From positions 62,001-126,000 of the forward strand of contig CM120645.1 in assembly GCA_051362555.1 (NCBI GenBank): 64,000 nt of DNA, in the 5' to 3' direction. Position 1 is the first letter of the stretch, and each line of letters starts with the position of its first letter. Under the pieces are notes generated by a model. It ran no database searches. It had not been told where the DNA came from and saw only the letters and a program-made list of their open reading frames with translations. Position numbers and translations under genes: made by a program. Source of the DNA: Lingula anatina. Lineage: Eukaryota > Animalia > Brachiopoda. Positions 1 through 12,443 of the stretch are shown piece by piece.

Positions 1-1496
1 TTCTCTCCACCCACACCCATTAACAGTCATTGAACCCGATTTATTTAACTCCCAAATACATTGATGATCAGCAGTAAGGATGCACACAAGAAATGACAAT
101 GTACAAGTAAAATATATGGAAATGTTTTTATTGTTATAAAAAATCATCAGCACCCCTTCACTGCTACCTCAACTCTACGACATGCTGAACACACGAGTTC
201 ACACAAGTGCTGCCCCCTACCACCAGCATGCTGTAGGCTTGCTACTTCAGAGATATACCTTCAAAAATATATTTTAACACAGGATTCAATTGAACTTTTC
301 ACGAAATAGCAGTTTTCTAGTGATCTTCTCCAGCTCACAGCTAATAGGCTGCCTATAAAACAGGTCTACAGTAAACCAAGTGACACCCTGCCCCAAGAGA
401 CATCTGGTTTAAACTGCTGGCTTCCACGTGTACTTAGTGGGCCTGAAACCACAATCAGTTTACTGTAGACCTGTAGTAACATTACTGTCACCATGACAAC
501 TCCAAACTCTTCTGCAACTGATAACTTTTTGATAACAGATACCACACAAACCCTCCTTGCAAATAATACAGCAAAATTTAAAATAGTACTCCACTCTAAC
601 TCTCATTTTAATAGTACATATCATCTACGTCGCAGGGAGCTACAAAATGTATGGTACAAATTTATCAAAAAAAAAGCTATGCTATTACATAATACAATAT
701 AGAATCAAAATCACCATCACTTATTTCTACAATTGTGTTTATGTATGGAAAATACACCCACTCCATATACCAGCCACTGATGCCACGGGTCATCATTATA
801 TTGACAGCACTTTGTAGCCAAATGAGACAAGTTTGAACTTACAGATGAACACAAACTAACCCCTGTTGATGTTTAAATACCTCAAATTGCTGTATCATTG
901 TTTTGCTTTACAGAGTCTGTGTGGCACCTATCTTTTGAACAAACTTCATTTTTCTAATACTTAAAATACTAGACATGAAAATGTGAAAAATAATAATTTA
1001 TCACTGCTGTCAATTAAGCCTTTAAATTGGACCCCCTTTTACATGAATAGTAGGTCACATTTCACACTGCCAAGACTATGAACAGATTCCTTATCAACAA
1101 TGACTAAAATTCTACAAATTTAGAAAATAAATCCCTGAACATTTCTTTGGTCTCATTCTGAAATTGTTGTAATTTTTGTAAATTGTCAAAATTCCAATAA
1201 CAACCAGACTTCCTTAACAACACAGGGGCCATCCCAAAACAACTGTACAGAAAGACAAGCCTGCACATTGTGTGAACAACAGCTCTGTACAACTTGTCTG
1301 AGGGAAGTCCCTATACTTTTGGAATGACCCCTCTCTTGGATAAAAATGAACAAAGAAAAGCAATAAATAAGTATACAATACGAAAACAATGAAAATTTAC
1401 TACAAAAAGCCCTCAAATCATTTTGACTGCATACAAAAATAGCTTTTATTTCCACTTCATCCCTTATGCTGAACTCTGACCTAGTGTGCTGCCTTG

Positions 1497-1510
1497 CCAC
1501 CAGGTGGCAC
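1497..1510 (+). promoter_or_regulatory. CTCF consensus-like site
   Basis: CCACCAGGTGGCAC matches the bilaterian CTCF core CCASYAGRKGGCRS. Motif match only. Confidence 0.35.
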
Positions 1511-2578
1511 TGGTATCACAGAGTTCATCACCCCAACATTTGCACTTTAGATATAACCACCCCAACATAACACTTTGCACTTTTAATTAAGACTAGAACA
1601 GTGCTTTTAAACCCAAATCCATTAAGTATTCCAGGAGTCCTAAACTGTAGAATAGGGTATGCATGTATCTCAACCATCGAGCGTTTTCTGTGGCAACACT
1701 GGCAGAGCAAATAAAGCAACTGGAATTGTATAAGTCAGTACTTCTCTCATAGCAAATGCTGCACAAGCTTAGAAAAAGTTACCCTTTAGTAACCTTATTT
1801 GCTGTAATGGGTAAGCCAACATATAAAACGTATATATTTTAAAATCTGTGCTATTTATGTACATTTTCGGCACTTGGTTGTTACACCCTGGAAATAACAC
1901 CTCTCAGTTTAACAGTTTGAGGCCAGTCCTATTAAACCCTCTTTCATTCAGCAGTTTTTGTATCAAGCCTAGTGATGGTTTGAGGGTTTAAAGGAAAGGA
2001 GCGGCTCTCCTGGCTTGGAGGTGACCCCCCTCTTGATTTCTTCACACAGCAAATAATTTTTCCTGAACTTAATAAAACAAGAATCACCCCAATGGGAGGT
2101 CAATCCCCTCTACTCTGGTACCCATCAACTAGAACTTGGTCTTGCCACAAACTGGTCCAAAATAAAACAACTGTACACTCTTTAATACAATGTGCAAGCT
2201 TTTTAGGTTGTTCCTCTCAAAACTCTGCATGGTGCAATTTCTGTTGTACCAAACATTTCAAAATAAATTGAATAAAGAACACTGTCGCAAATAATTTGTG
2301 TTTTACTATAAGCAGCAGAAATAAAATAACCTAAGGCACAAAATTGACCAAATAATTAATAATTCACTTATTTTTAATGTCTGAAGTGTAAGAATCAAAC
2401 GCATAGTACAATATTTGGACTGAACATACCACCCCACCACACTCATTATAGTATAATAAGATCTTTATGTCACCACAACAAATTCTGAGGTCAAAAACTC
2501 AATTTTCTCAACATTTCAACAAGACTGGCTTCACTTCATATTCATTTTACTTCAGCCTGTCTTGGAGAGGAGGTCCAT

Positions 2579-4636
2579 CTATACTTCAGCAGTGCATTCA
2601 CGAGCATAGTGGCCGTACCCCTCACATTTGTGGCATTGGACGTTGGCCATTCCTTCTGGACAATCTCGGGCAAAATGACCTGGCTGTCTGCATCTACAAA
2701 TATAGAACATGTGGCACATATAAAACACAATTGTTGCATCCAGTAATGCAGTGTAAGATCTAAATTTTTCCACCAGATACAGATGAATATTTCAAACAAT
2801 CCTTGTGCATCAGTTTAATTAAGGTTTTTCTTTTTTTTTTAACTTCCAAGGATTTATCACCTTTGCCTTTTCTCGATAAGCAGTATTTGGAGTTACTTAC
2901 TTGTAACACTCGCCGCCACCACTGCCCCTGCCTCTACGACCTCCATCCTGAGAGGAATTTGGGCACTCACGAGCATAATGCCCAGATTCCCCACAATTGT
3001 AGCAGTCTCCTCCTCCACGTCCCATGTCTGCGTCAGGGCAGTCCCGTGCCAGGTGACCTTCCTTCTTACACTGGTAACAGGCCTTGCTGCTCTCAGACGG
3101 TGGCTCAGGGCAGTCCCGCCTCATGTGGCCGCTCTTGCCACAGTTGTAACATGGACCTGAAAAATAATGCATAGCAAATTATCAATGAAAACAAAATGTC
3201 TAAGCATGTACTGCTTATGGAATAAACTAACGTAAAAAGATTAACACTATAAATGCTAACTCCCAAAATCTCATACAGTTCCATAATTCTGCTGCAGTTT
3301 TAGAAAATGCTAGAATTACAGAAACTATTTTTGAAAGCAATATTTGCAATTTTATTGCTGCCAAGTTCAACTATAAACAAATTATGGTATATAAGTATGA
3401 ATTTCAGAACAAGGAAAATTGCAATTTAGCTATTAGAAACCATATTCCTTATATCTGCACAATTCCCACTTGTCCACACATTTGGAAACCAACATCCAGA
3501 AGATTGGATTCCATAAAAGCTGCCACCTTTCCAATGTCTTTGGTCTTCTACCTCACACAAACTAACAAGACTAATTTACCCTTGCACTGGGCCGACAAAA
3601 TAAAAAAAAAAAAATCTTCCACTCCAAGATAGTTCCACTGCAGTTGAAGCACCTGATCCAAAAAAAGTCTATACATCCACATTTTATTCTACAGCTAAAA
3701 ATGTGTTATTTGTAGATCTATTGCTTCCAAAAGTGGTTCACGAACCATACTGAATTTCATAAGGGCGTTCCTTTTCAACAAGGTCCCAAGCTGGTGGTAT
3801 TTTTCATCAGCTATGTGATCCTTCTTGGTGCTCTGGCAGGGCTCAATGGCCGAGGCAGTTGCAGCAATAACATATATTCTCTGAAATGAACATGGAGGCG
3901 ATGCTTAACCAAGGTTTCTTAGAAACCACATCCTGCCTTCCTCTGCCTTCTCTCCCTTTTCTGCGCCTTTCGCCACTTCACACTACCTCTCCATGCACAA
4001 GTCTGCCATTTATGTTCAATAACTTGTCTCTTCTCTTTAGTTCATACACATAAAAACAACAACTGTAAGTGTCTCATATAAAAAGACACTTGACAACTGT
4101 TTTTTTTTTAAATCTGACATTCAAAATAAATCCTGAATAAGAACATAAAAGGTTCCAATAGGGCACTTGTGCATGAAGGAACAACAACATGGTTTATAAC
4201 ATTAATCAAGAACTGATAATGAACTCCACTGACTCAAACCATGTCAACTATGGCCACAGCTTGAACCTCTGATATCATCAATGATTCTAATACAGGGTTA
4301 GATTTTTTGATACACCACAGAACAAAGGACCAGGGCTCCTTGAGACTTGGCATTAAAATTAAGTTTGTAATTTTTATAAACTGATGCAGTGCAAGATAAT
4401 GTGGTCAAAGTTAATAGAGTAACATGAAAATGTCTTTCCCTGTAGCATGTTGATTTAAAAGAATTTCTTACTTTATTGCCTTATTATCTACATAACCATT
4501 ATCCTCCTGGGCTATACTCACCTCCGCCACCACCACGTCCTCCGAAGCCTCCACTCCTGCCTCGACCTCCGCGACTTGTACATTCTCTAGAAAAGTGGCC
4601 AGGTTTACCACAGTTATAACAAGCTCTGTCTCCCAT
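2579..4636 (-). CDS. CNBP: CCHC-type zinc-knuckle nucleic acid-binding protein (CNBP/ZNF9-like), ~161 aa, 3 coding exons
   Basis: Coding exons 4636-4522 ([38 protein letters not shown]), 3156-2901 and 2693-2579 join in phase at GT-AG junctions (486 nt). Six CX2CX4HX4C knuckles, with an RGG box after knuckle 1 as in CNBP. Confidence 0.88.
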
Positions 4637-6303
4637 AGCTACTTCACCTCTGCAAACCAATGGAGGAAAATGTATGAGTAAACACCAAGATCCCTTTTAG
4701 ATGGACACTAGACAACAAAAATGAAGTCCTTTATCAAACAAAATGACTTATTAATGGCCCCTATTATTTAAAAAGCACTGGACAAGAATTGCCTAAAACT
4801 TGGGTTCAACCTCTCAATTCCTGAACTAGCACAACTACTAACAGTTTAATCTCAGACTGATTTCATGGGTTTTGTTGTAAGGGCTACTTAACTTGAACTG
4901 AAGTGCGTCTGTTCCCACACTTTAAAAGAATCATGGTAACATCGCAGAGACAATGAGAAAAGTTATCACACAATATTTAAGTTAGAAATACATACTGGGC
5001 AGCACAGGATTCAAACAACTGCACATGCACGAAAAACGCACTGTTTGAAATAAACAATAGTGAAACTGACAAAGCCGCATCGGTTTTTACAGTCTGGTTG
5101 ATATTATTTAATTTGCTTTCTGGTGTTGCTTTAAGAAGTTATATTAGAAATGTTCTGTTGACTGTATGTATCAAAAAGTAAATCCATTGGACTTTCCTCA
5201 GAAAAACATTTATTTTGCCTTCATTGTAAGGGGATTTCCTTTGTATTTATAGTGATAGTGGCCCCAAGGGGATTTTCCACCCCTCCCCCACTCTTGATTG
5301 ATAAAATGCTCCATATGGTAGATTGAAAATGATATAGCATTTAAAATCGTAGAAAGGTTAATTGCAGATAATGCTGCGAGGATATTCTTATGCGACATCG
5401 AACTCAGCCAATATAAAATTTTTAACTTCCGTCTTTGGGTTTTAGAGAGCCAGTTCTAATTTTTGAAAGTGAGGCAATAGAACCAAACAGTACGATACAA
5501 TTTGTAATCTAGTAAAAACTGATATTTGTTAATAAAAGTCATAGCATGACATACATCAAAAGGCAACTTGTTTATTATCGTGATGTTCAATAATCATAAA
5601 AATGTACAATATAAGGTACTTTTGTAGTATACCCCCTACCCTGTAACTTTACTTTTCAAGCAGTTTTTTTACAGGTTTTTACACTTTTTCTTGTTCATCT
5701 ATGTCACAGCTGTTTAAATAAAATGCTTTTGTAATTACCTGTGGTCTTTTTCAAGTTTTAGTCACGTTTAAGCTACAGTGTGGGAGCATAGTACAAAAGT
5801 ACCCAATATAATACGTTCTTAAGCAAGGCCAATTTATTAGCTTAATTGATTATTTTTAGAATTTGGAGATTAAAAACACCAGAGTTGTCTGGTTTCATAT
5901 CGAGGCTCCATATTTTGTTCCTGTCCTTACGGGTGCACGACTACTGAATATAAATACCGCCGCGGAGCGTCCATCGCCAGGACTTGAAGAACTGGGCAAC
6001 TTTACTGAACGATCAATGTATGAAATCAACTGTGATATATCGTATAGAAAAATCCACCAATACAAATAGTCAATATTACTACAAACTACAACTTTTCTAT
6101 AGCATATTGCACAACGTACAAAGTAGAAGTATGCTTTCCATACCACGTGGTTTAGGAAGCTGCCATTTGCAATATTTGGACCATGCTCTCTTTCCTACAG
6201 GCTATGGGGAAGAGTCAGTCACGTTATTTAAATTCAAGACTAGAACACTGTATAAAATGTAATCATTTTTACGCCAGCAACTTCCACAGATAAATACGCT
6301 TAC

Positions 6304-6400
6304 CACTTGCGCTTACTTATAAGAATCTTCTTATGACCTCCGCCTTTCTCTACTATTCCTCCCCGCTTTTCTTCTTCACAGAAAGCTGTTTTTCCCGCAT
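6304..6400 (-). other. Probable non-coding first exon of the CNBP-like gene, with two tandem GTAAGC donors
   Basis: The minus strand reads ...ATAA|GTAAGC GCAAGTG|GTAAGC (donors at 6316 and 6303), in a relatively CpG-rich region. The exon carrying the ATG has an acceptor (ttgcag) just upstream, so a 5' UTR exon is needed. Confidence 0.5.
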
Positions 6401-6779
6401 GTGACCTCATGCTGCACACGGCCAATTATACAAATTTTTGGTTGCGTGCCGTGTGCATCCCATTAAACAGTACGGCAGAAAATCAGAGGGGGCGTGACAT
6501 ATTCTTCCGTAATAGGAATGATTGACGTGTATATTTGACACATATGCATAAGAAGTAGGTTAAAATCTCGAGCAAGGTCACGTGCGTGCTCAAGGACATG
6601 TGTATACCTTCACGTTTGCTAAATGCTAGTGTGTCGTTATCTAGATAAAGAGTGTGGTCGACATTAAGCCAACGTAATTTTTTAGAGTTACAATAACAAA
6701 GATGGTTTAAAATGGAACCGAAAACCTTTTTTTTTCAGCGGGGGTGGGTGGGAGTTTACTAGTACTTAGCTTTTGTGTA

Positions 6780-6920
6780 CCGTTGTAACAGGAAGTCCGG
6801 GCTCCCATATGATTAGTACAGGTTATTAGGTTTAGCTAGTGTATGGGACGAATATCACCTGTACAAAGTATTGGGAAACGGACTTCGGTTCCCAGCGGAC
6901 TTCCATGCCTGTTACACCGG
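6780..6920. mobile_element. Short MITE-like element
   Basis: Imperfect inverted ends CCGTTGTAACAGG...CCTGTTACACCGG plus inner GGAAGTCCG/CGGACTTCC. No coding capacity. Confidence 0.45.
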
Positions 6921-7209
6921 GTAAAATTGTACAAACCCGACGACTGAAATGACATTTTAAACCGACTTAAAACTTCTTTCCTGGTGTCACAATTAATATA
7001 ACAATTAGATGTCCAGAAAGTGCAGAAAAAATTATTTCAATTTGGGCAAGTACAGAATGATCTGGAATACTGAATGTTTGTGAAAAGGTGGTGGCGAGGT
7101 CAATACACCAGTATACTAATATTATGGCTATTAGCAAGTTATTGGCTATTATAGGAATTAAGAAGCTTGGAGTGAGTGAGAACTAGTAGTTGCTGTCCGT
7201 GGTTTTTTA

Positions 7210-7468
7210 GACTGGGTTCCTTACCTAGATCCACCTAACTGGATTGACCCATCTCCAAGGGGTTTCTTACTAAATTGCCTTTACCTTAAACAGCCTTATG
7301 TCTGGCACGCCAACTGAAGCTGCTAAACGATAATTAATTACCCTCTACCAGCTTCAGTGGGCATCTGAGACACCTAAGCTGCTTAAGTTGATAGCAATTT
7401 AGTGAGAATTAACCCCCTTGAAGATAGATCGATCCAAAGTACATACAATAGTCTCTGGGAATGGTCTC
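7210..7468. mobile_element. Dispersed palindromic MITE-like repeat (family E)
   Basis: Diverged relatives at 21527-21748 and 33358-33579 (reverse orientation: GATCTAGGTATGGGAACTTAGTCTA versus TAGACTGGGTTCCTTACCTAGATC) and at ~56115-56330. Internal inverted CTAAATTG/CAATTTAG arms. Confidence 0.5.
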
Positions 7469-8256
7469 TTACAAACTGTAATGATACGCGGGCTCTGACC
7501 ATGCAGATCCATGCATTAGGCAGCTGTATTGCCCGTCTTGCAGGATAATTGAGGTTTTTGAAAATTCTATGCAGAGATTGAAGTATATCTTTGACAGACA
7601 TTATACGGATTTAATTCATCATACTGGAATTTTTTTTTTTTTTTTTTTTTTTTTTGTAACAATAAAGTATGTACGTCACCTGTGCTTTGAGGAAACTGAG
7701 CAATAAATAAGTTATAGTTGAGTAATTGTAGTAGTTTCTCAATAAATAAGTTATAGTTGAGTAATTGTAGTAGTTTCTAAATCTTCTCAATTGGGAAATA
7801 TATAATTTTACTGCTACCATGTTTTTCTAACATCATAAATTCTAAAAATTTATTACATTCTAACTGTTTCAGGTAGCAATAGAATTGAAATGTACGCTAC
7901 CTTATGGTTCTACTCTTTACCATAAAAGCACAACGAATGCAGCACATGTAGAAATTTTTTTTAATGATTTCAAAATGTTTCTAAAAATCTGATAACTGAT
8001 CACCATTAACAGCTGAAACTGTTTGTATTTTATATCTCAGACATAATTTTTTTTTTTTTTTTTGGTCTGTGCACAGATGGATTTTGGTGAAATTTTTAGG
8101 AAGGGTCACAGATGGTCCAAGGAAATGATGAGACTGGTGATAATCTGTTCATTAACTAGTAATTAATTAATTAAATAGTTAATGAAGTAATTAATTACTT
8201 ACACATTTAATGAAATCTTCAAGGATAGGTCACAACTGTACCAAGGAATGAAAGTA

Positions 8257-8415
8257 TACAAATGTGAGAGACAGTTGCTCACCCCTTACTAGTTAGACAT
8301 ACAAATGTGAGAAACAGTTGCTCACCCCTTACTAGTTAGACATACAAATGTGAGAAACAGTTGCTCACCCGTTACTAGTTAGACATACAAATGTGAGAGA
8401 CAGTTGCTCACCCTC
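8257..8415. repeat. 43-bp tandem repeat, ~3.7 copies
   Basis: Unit ATACAAATGTGAGAAACAGTTGCTCACCCCTTACTAGTTAGAC. Confidence 0.9.
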
Positions 8416-8922
8416 TCGTGATCGATTGATGAATGATGAAGTGACGTGACAGGATCCATGAAAATAGTTAGGCGATTGACGAAAATAGTCACTGTAGATG
8501 AGAAATGTTTGACAATTAAATTGAAGAAAATGGATATTGAATTTATGATAGGCTTGTTTAAACTCGAAACTGAATCGATGGAAAGGCAGTGAATTGACAA
8601 AACATGACTGAATCGATGAAGCATGACTGAATCGACGTCTTGGATTTTTGCCCTTTTGGCCGCCCATAATATGTTAAGCAAACTCAAAAAATAAATGTCC
8701 ATTTGAAATCCAGATACTGATGGAAATCTTATTCCCCAAATGCTGAGCAACAAACCATGCGGATTGTTTGTGTGTTTTATACCTACTCAGGCTTGCAAAC
8801 TTGCAATATACCTAAATTTATTTCTAACTGCTATGATTTATAAGATCCTCTCTGCTTAAATGAGTGTTCTATCTTGCAAGATGCATCTTGTTCCGTCAAT
8901 TTGGAGCTTGATCTGCTTGAGA

Positions 8923-9398
8923 CAGTCTTCATACCACGTCGCCAGGCCAGGTGGTGCCAGTCTTCCTACCACGTCGCAAGGCCAGGTGGTGCCAGTCTTC
9001 CTACCACGTCGCCAGGCCAGGTGGTGCCAGTTTTTATACCACGTCGCAAGGCCAGGTGGTGTCAGTCTTCCTACCACGTTGCCAGGCCAGGTGGTGCCAG
9101 TCCTACCATGTCGCCAGGCCAGGTGGTGCCAGTCTTCCTACCATGTCACCAGGCCAGGTGGTGCCAGTCTTCCTACCATGTCGCCAGGCCAGGTGGTGCC
9201 AGTCTTCCTACCATGTCACCAGGCCAGGTGGTGCCAGTCTTCCTACCATGTCACCAGGCCAGGTGGTGCCAGTCCTACCATGTCGCCAGGCCAGGTGGTG
9301 CCAGTCCTACCATGTCGCCAGGCCAGGTGGTGCCAGTCCTACCATGTCGCCAGGCCAGGTGGTGCCAGTCTTTATACCACGTCACCTGGCCAGGTGGT
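8923..9398. repeat. 35-38-bp minisatellite (~13 copies) starting at the PEX26 stop codon and filling its proximal 3' UTR
   Basis: Unit CCAGTCTTCCTACCAYGTCRCCAGGCCAGGTGGTG. The terminal unit overlaps the last codons and TGA of PEX26. Confidence 0.9.
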
Positions 9399-11374
9399 AT
9401 GGTGCAAACAGTCTCCTCCAGATTGTAGCCACAAAAGAAATGAACATTTTCCCTGGCTTGGTCCACCCACTACCTGAAAAGAATAAATAGGGATGTAGAG
9501 TTGTTTTTTTTTTTGCTTTTAATTTTTGATGAAGTTCCTTTTTAATGTTCTCTGTGTGATATTGTGGTAATTCAAACACAATTATCTTAAAGCAATTTAA
9601 GCCAAAAACTCATATTTAATGAAATTCCCCAGAGGTTAAATGGCATTTTCCACCAACTTTTAATTTTCCTTTTCTGACACTCTGTAGCAATTTTGGAAAA
9701 AGCAAAAGGTCAAACCTGCACTTAAGAGCAGGTTTTCCAGAAACACCATTCATTTCAATCTGGAGACTCTCTTTTCTACTGTAAGTCAGTGCAATTTCCC
9801 TTCATTCTACAAAACTTTTTAAAATCCACCCAACGCATGTACATACACACACCAAACATGGGGAAACTGCTGTATCGACCGTCCTGACCACCAGACATGG
9901 GAAAATTGCTGTATCGACCGTCCTGACCACCAGACATAGGGAAACTGCTGCATCGACCGTCCTGACCACCAGACATGGGGAAACTGCTGCATCGACCGTC
10001 CTGACCACCAGACATAGGGAAACTGCTGCATCGACCGTCCTGACCACCAGACATAGGGAAACTGCTGCATCGACCGTCCTGACCACCAGACATGGGGAAA
10101 CTGCTGTATTGACCGTCCTGACCACCAGACATGGGGAAACTGCTGTATCGACCGTCCTGACCACCAGACATGGAGGAACTGCTGTATCGACCATCCTGAC
10201 CACCAAACATGGGGAAACTGCTGCATCGACCGTCCTGACCACCAGACATGGGGAAACTGCTGTATCGACCGTCCTGACCACCAGACATGGGGAAACTGCT
10301 GTATCGACCGTCCTGACCACCAGACATGGAGGAACTGCTGTATGGACTGTCCTGACCACCAGACATGGGGAAACTGCTGTATTGACCGTCCTGACCACCA
10401 GACATGGGGTAACTGCTGTATCGACCGCCCTGACCACCAGACATGGAGGAACTGCTGTATCAACTGTCCTGACCATCAGAAACGCCTGAAGACCGGCAAG
10501 ATTTTGAAGTGCAGGACCGCTGGACTTTCAGGACCTTCAAAGAGTTCCCCATGTCTGACACACACACACACATATACTGCTTTGAGAGTTTACAACTTCA
10601 CCTACCTTTGTTGCATCTCTTTACGAGTACTGCAGTCATGATCACAGCAATAACCAGCACCATGGGTAGAGTAGGTCTACTGTGATATAGGTACTTCCAT
10701 AACTGTATTATCACATGTTGGGACAATGTAGCTGAAATAGTAATAATAATAATAAGTCAAGATCACAGTATAATAACCAGCACCATGGGTAGAGTAGATC
10801 TACTGTGATATAGGATATGTTTAATGATGATAAAGTTCAGTGTTAAACAATGCTTATATATTAATATTTCCAAATCTTCTGAATTCTAATCATTAATCAC
10901 AAAACAATGGCATATTTCTGTAATTTTAACTATGATATTCAGTTGTTCAGCTTGGGATAACAAAACACTATATCTGATAAACTATGCTATACTATGTACA
11001 GTTGTAAAACTAACCACTGTTAGCCACATCCAGCACATTACTGCGGGGGTCCTGCTGCTTAAAAGTGCTCTTTTCCCTGTCTTCTTCCTCCTGTGCCTTC
11101 CTTCTATCTAAGACTTGTTTTCTCTTCTGATACTTAGACAGTAGACCTTCTTTTTGAGTTTTCTCTAATCCCAGACATGTGTTCAAGAAGGGCTCAATGC
11201 TGTCCCAGCGTCCTTGGGGTACTAATACAAACTGGACCAAAGTGTCTGCCATGGCAGCATACAGAGGGTCTTTGTGGTTTTCTGGAAGTTTCAGCCATAT
11301 ACTGGCTATAGCACTACATGTGGTGAAGTCCTGGACCCTACTGTGAAGCAGTATACTGAAAGAACAGACACACT

Positions 11375-11413
<39 letters not shown>

Positions 11414-12443
11414 TGGCTATAGCACTGCATGTGGTGAAGTCCTGGACCCTACTGTGAAGCAGTATACTGAAAGAACAGACACACTCCTATATATATATAT
11501 ATATATATATATATACTGGCTATAGCACTGCATGTGGTGAAGTCCTGGACCCTACTGTGAAGCAGTATACTGAAAGAACAGACACACTCCTATATATATA
11601 TATATTTATTTATTTATTTATACATATATATACAAATGTATATTTATTTATACTGGCTATAGCACTACATGTGGTGAAGTCCTGGCAATTACATGTAGGC
11701 AGTAAACGCAGGGAAAGTCCATTCTTTGATATCACCCCATGTGTGGTGATATCAACGTGTTCTATTCAAAGTTAGGGGTTTGGGGTACCCGCACGATTTC
11801 CCTTAATTTCTATGTATGACAAATAATGCACTGTTACCCCCTCGCCCGATATACTTAACAGCATGCTTCGCTGGCGCTCGGCATGCTATCGTGATACCAG
11901 GCTCGTAGACAGTGCATTATTTACTACATATACCCACCACAACTGTACAATTCTGGCAGGGCAGCCTTCTATCCCAGCATACAGAGCTGTCACGTAAGGC
12001 AGCACTTCTTCCCATTTATTTAACTCGGCATACGCCTGGACTGCTAGCATACAGCAAGATTCACGGTAAATGCTGTTGGAGAAAAAAATAAAAAACCTGA
12101 TAAAATGACTCTATTTTAGTTCTGTATATACTGACTACTAGTATTTATTTTCATCACAGAAGAGGCCAATAAACCATGCAAATTTTCATATACAAATAAA
12201 CAGGAAAGAAGATATCAAATGAGTCTACATCTGAACCCAGTACCTGCTGCTCTCCCCACTTCCCAGGTTGTTTACTTCATCTACTACCTCCTGGCACAAA
12301 TCTAGACAATCTTCGAATCTTTTGTATATCAACAGATCGCCAGCATCTTTCAGTTTTCGTGCAATGTCAATTTTTGTCGGAAAAGAACAGTATTTTTCTT
12401 TTTGTTCGGTAATTTTCTCACGAACTGCACCAGCCACTGCCAT
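9382..12443 (-). CDS. PEX26: Peroxisome assembly protein 26 (tail-anchored peroxin), ~297 aa, 5 exons
   Basis: Exons 12443-12244, 12072-11938, 11355-11015, 10731-10606 and 9473-9382 join in phase (894 nt). Motifs resemble PEX26: DAGDLLIYKRFEDCLDLC, CCMLAVQAYAELNKWEEVLPYV, PARIVQLCILLHSRV, VLVPQGRW. C-terminal TM segment LPMVLVIAVIMTAVLV, then tail IWRRLFAPYHLAR*. Confidence 0.85.
9853..10557. mobile_element. hAT-like MITE whose left end is expanded into a 39-bp tandem array (~16 copies), in the last PEX26 intron
   Basis: Unit CAGACATGGGGAAACTGCTGTATCGACCGTCCTGACCAC. The right end AGTTCCCCATGTCTG is the reverse complement of the unit start. Both ends are flanked by ACACACAC (possible 8-bp TSD, but low complexity). 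Confidence 0.55.
11298..11685. repeat. ~104-110-bp tandem duplication of the PEX26 exon-3 splice acceptor (3 full copies plus 1 partial), with (TA)n spacers
   Basis: TACTGGCTATAGCACTRCATGTGGTGAAGTCCTGGACCCTACTGTGAAGCAGTATACTGAAAGAACAGACACACTCC(TA)n repeated. Contains the ctttcag acceptor on the minus strand. Confidence 0.9.
11811..11930. mobile_element. ~120-bp palindromic MITE-like hairpin element in PEX26 intron 2
   Basis: Arms TATGTA..AAATAATGCACTGT and ACAGTGCATTATTT..TACATA, with an inner GCATGC...GCATGC stem. Confidence 0.55.

Noticed and set aside
3843-3845. In-frame TGA of the CNBP pseudo-exon read as selenocysteine
   Set aside because: It is not at a Cys position of the knuckle, further stops follow, and no SECIS was recognised.
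8856-9490. Overlapping 180-205-aa ORFs
   Set aside because: Translations of the 35-38-bp minisatellite. Only 9473-9382 (-) is supported as coding.
9776-10554. 222-aa SGGQDGRYSSFPM repeat ORF as an alternative or readthrough PEX26 C-terminus via an acceptor at 10555
   Set aside because: It needs a 51-nt intron and readthrough of a TGA. The 39-bp array is open in several frames, and exon 9473-9382 gives a much more PEX26-like tail.
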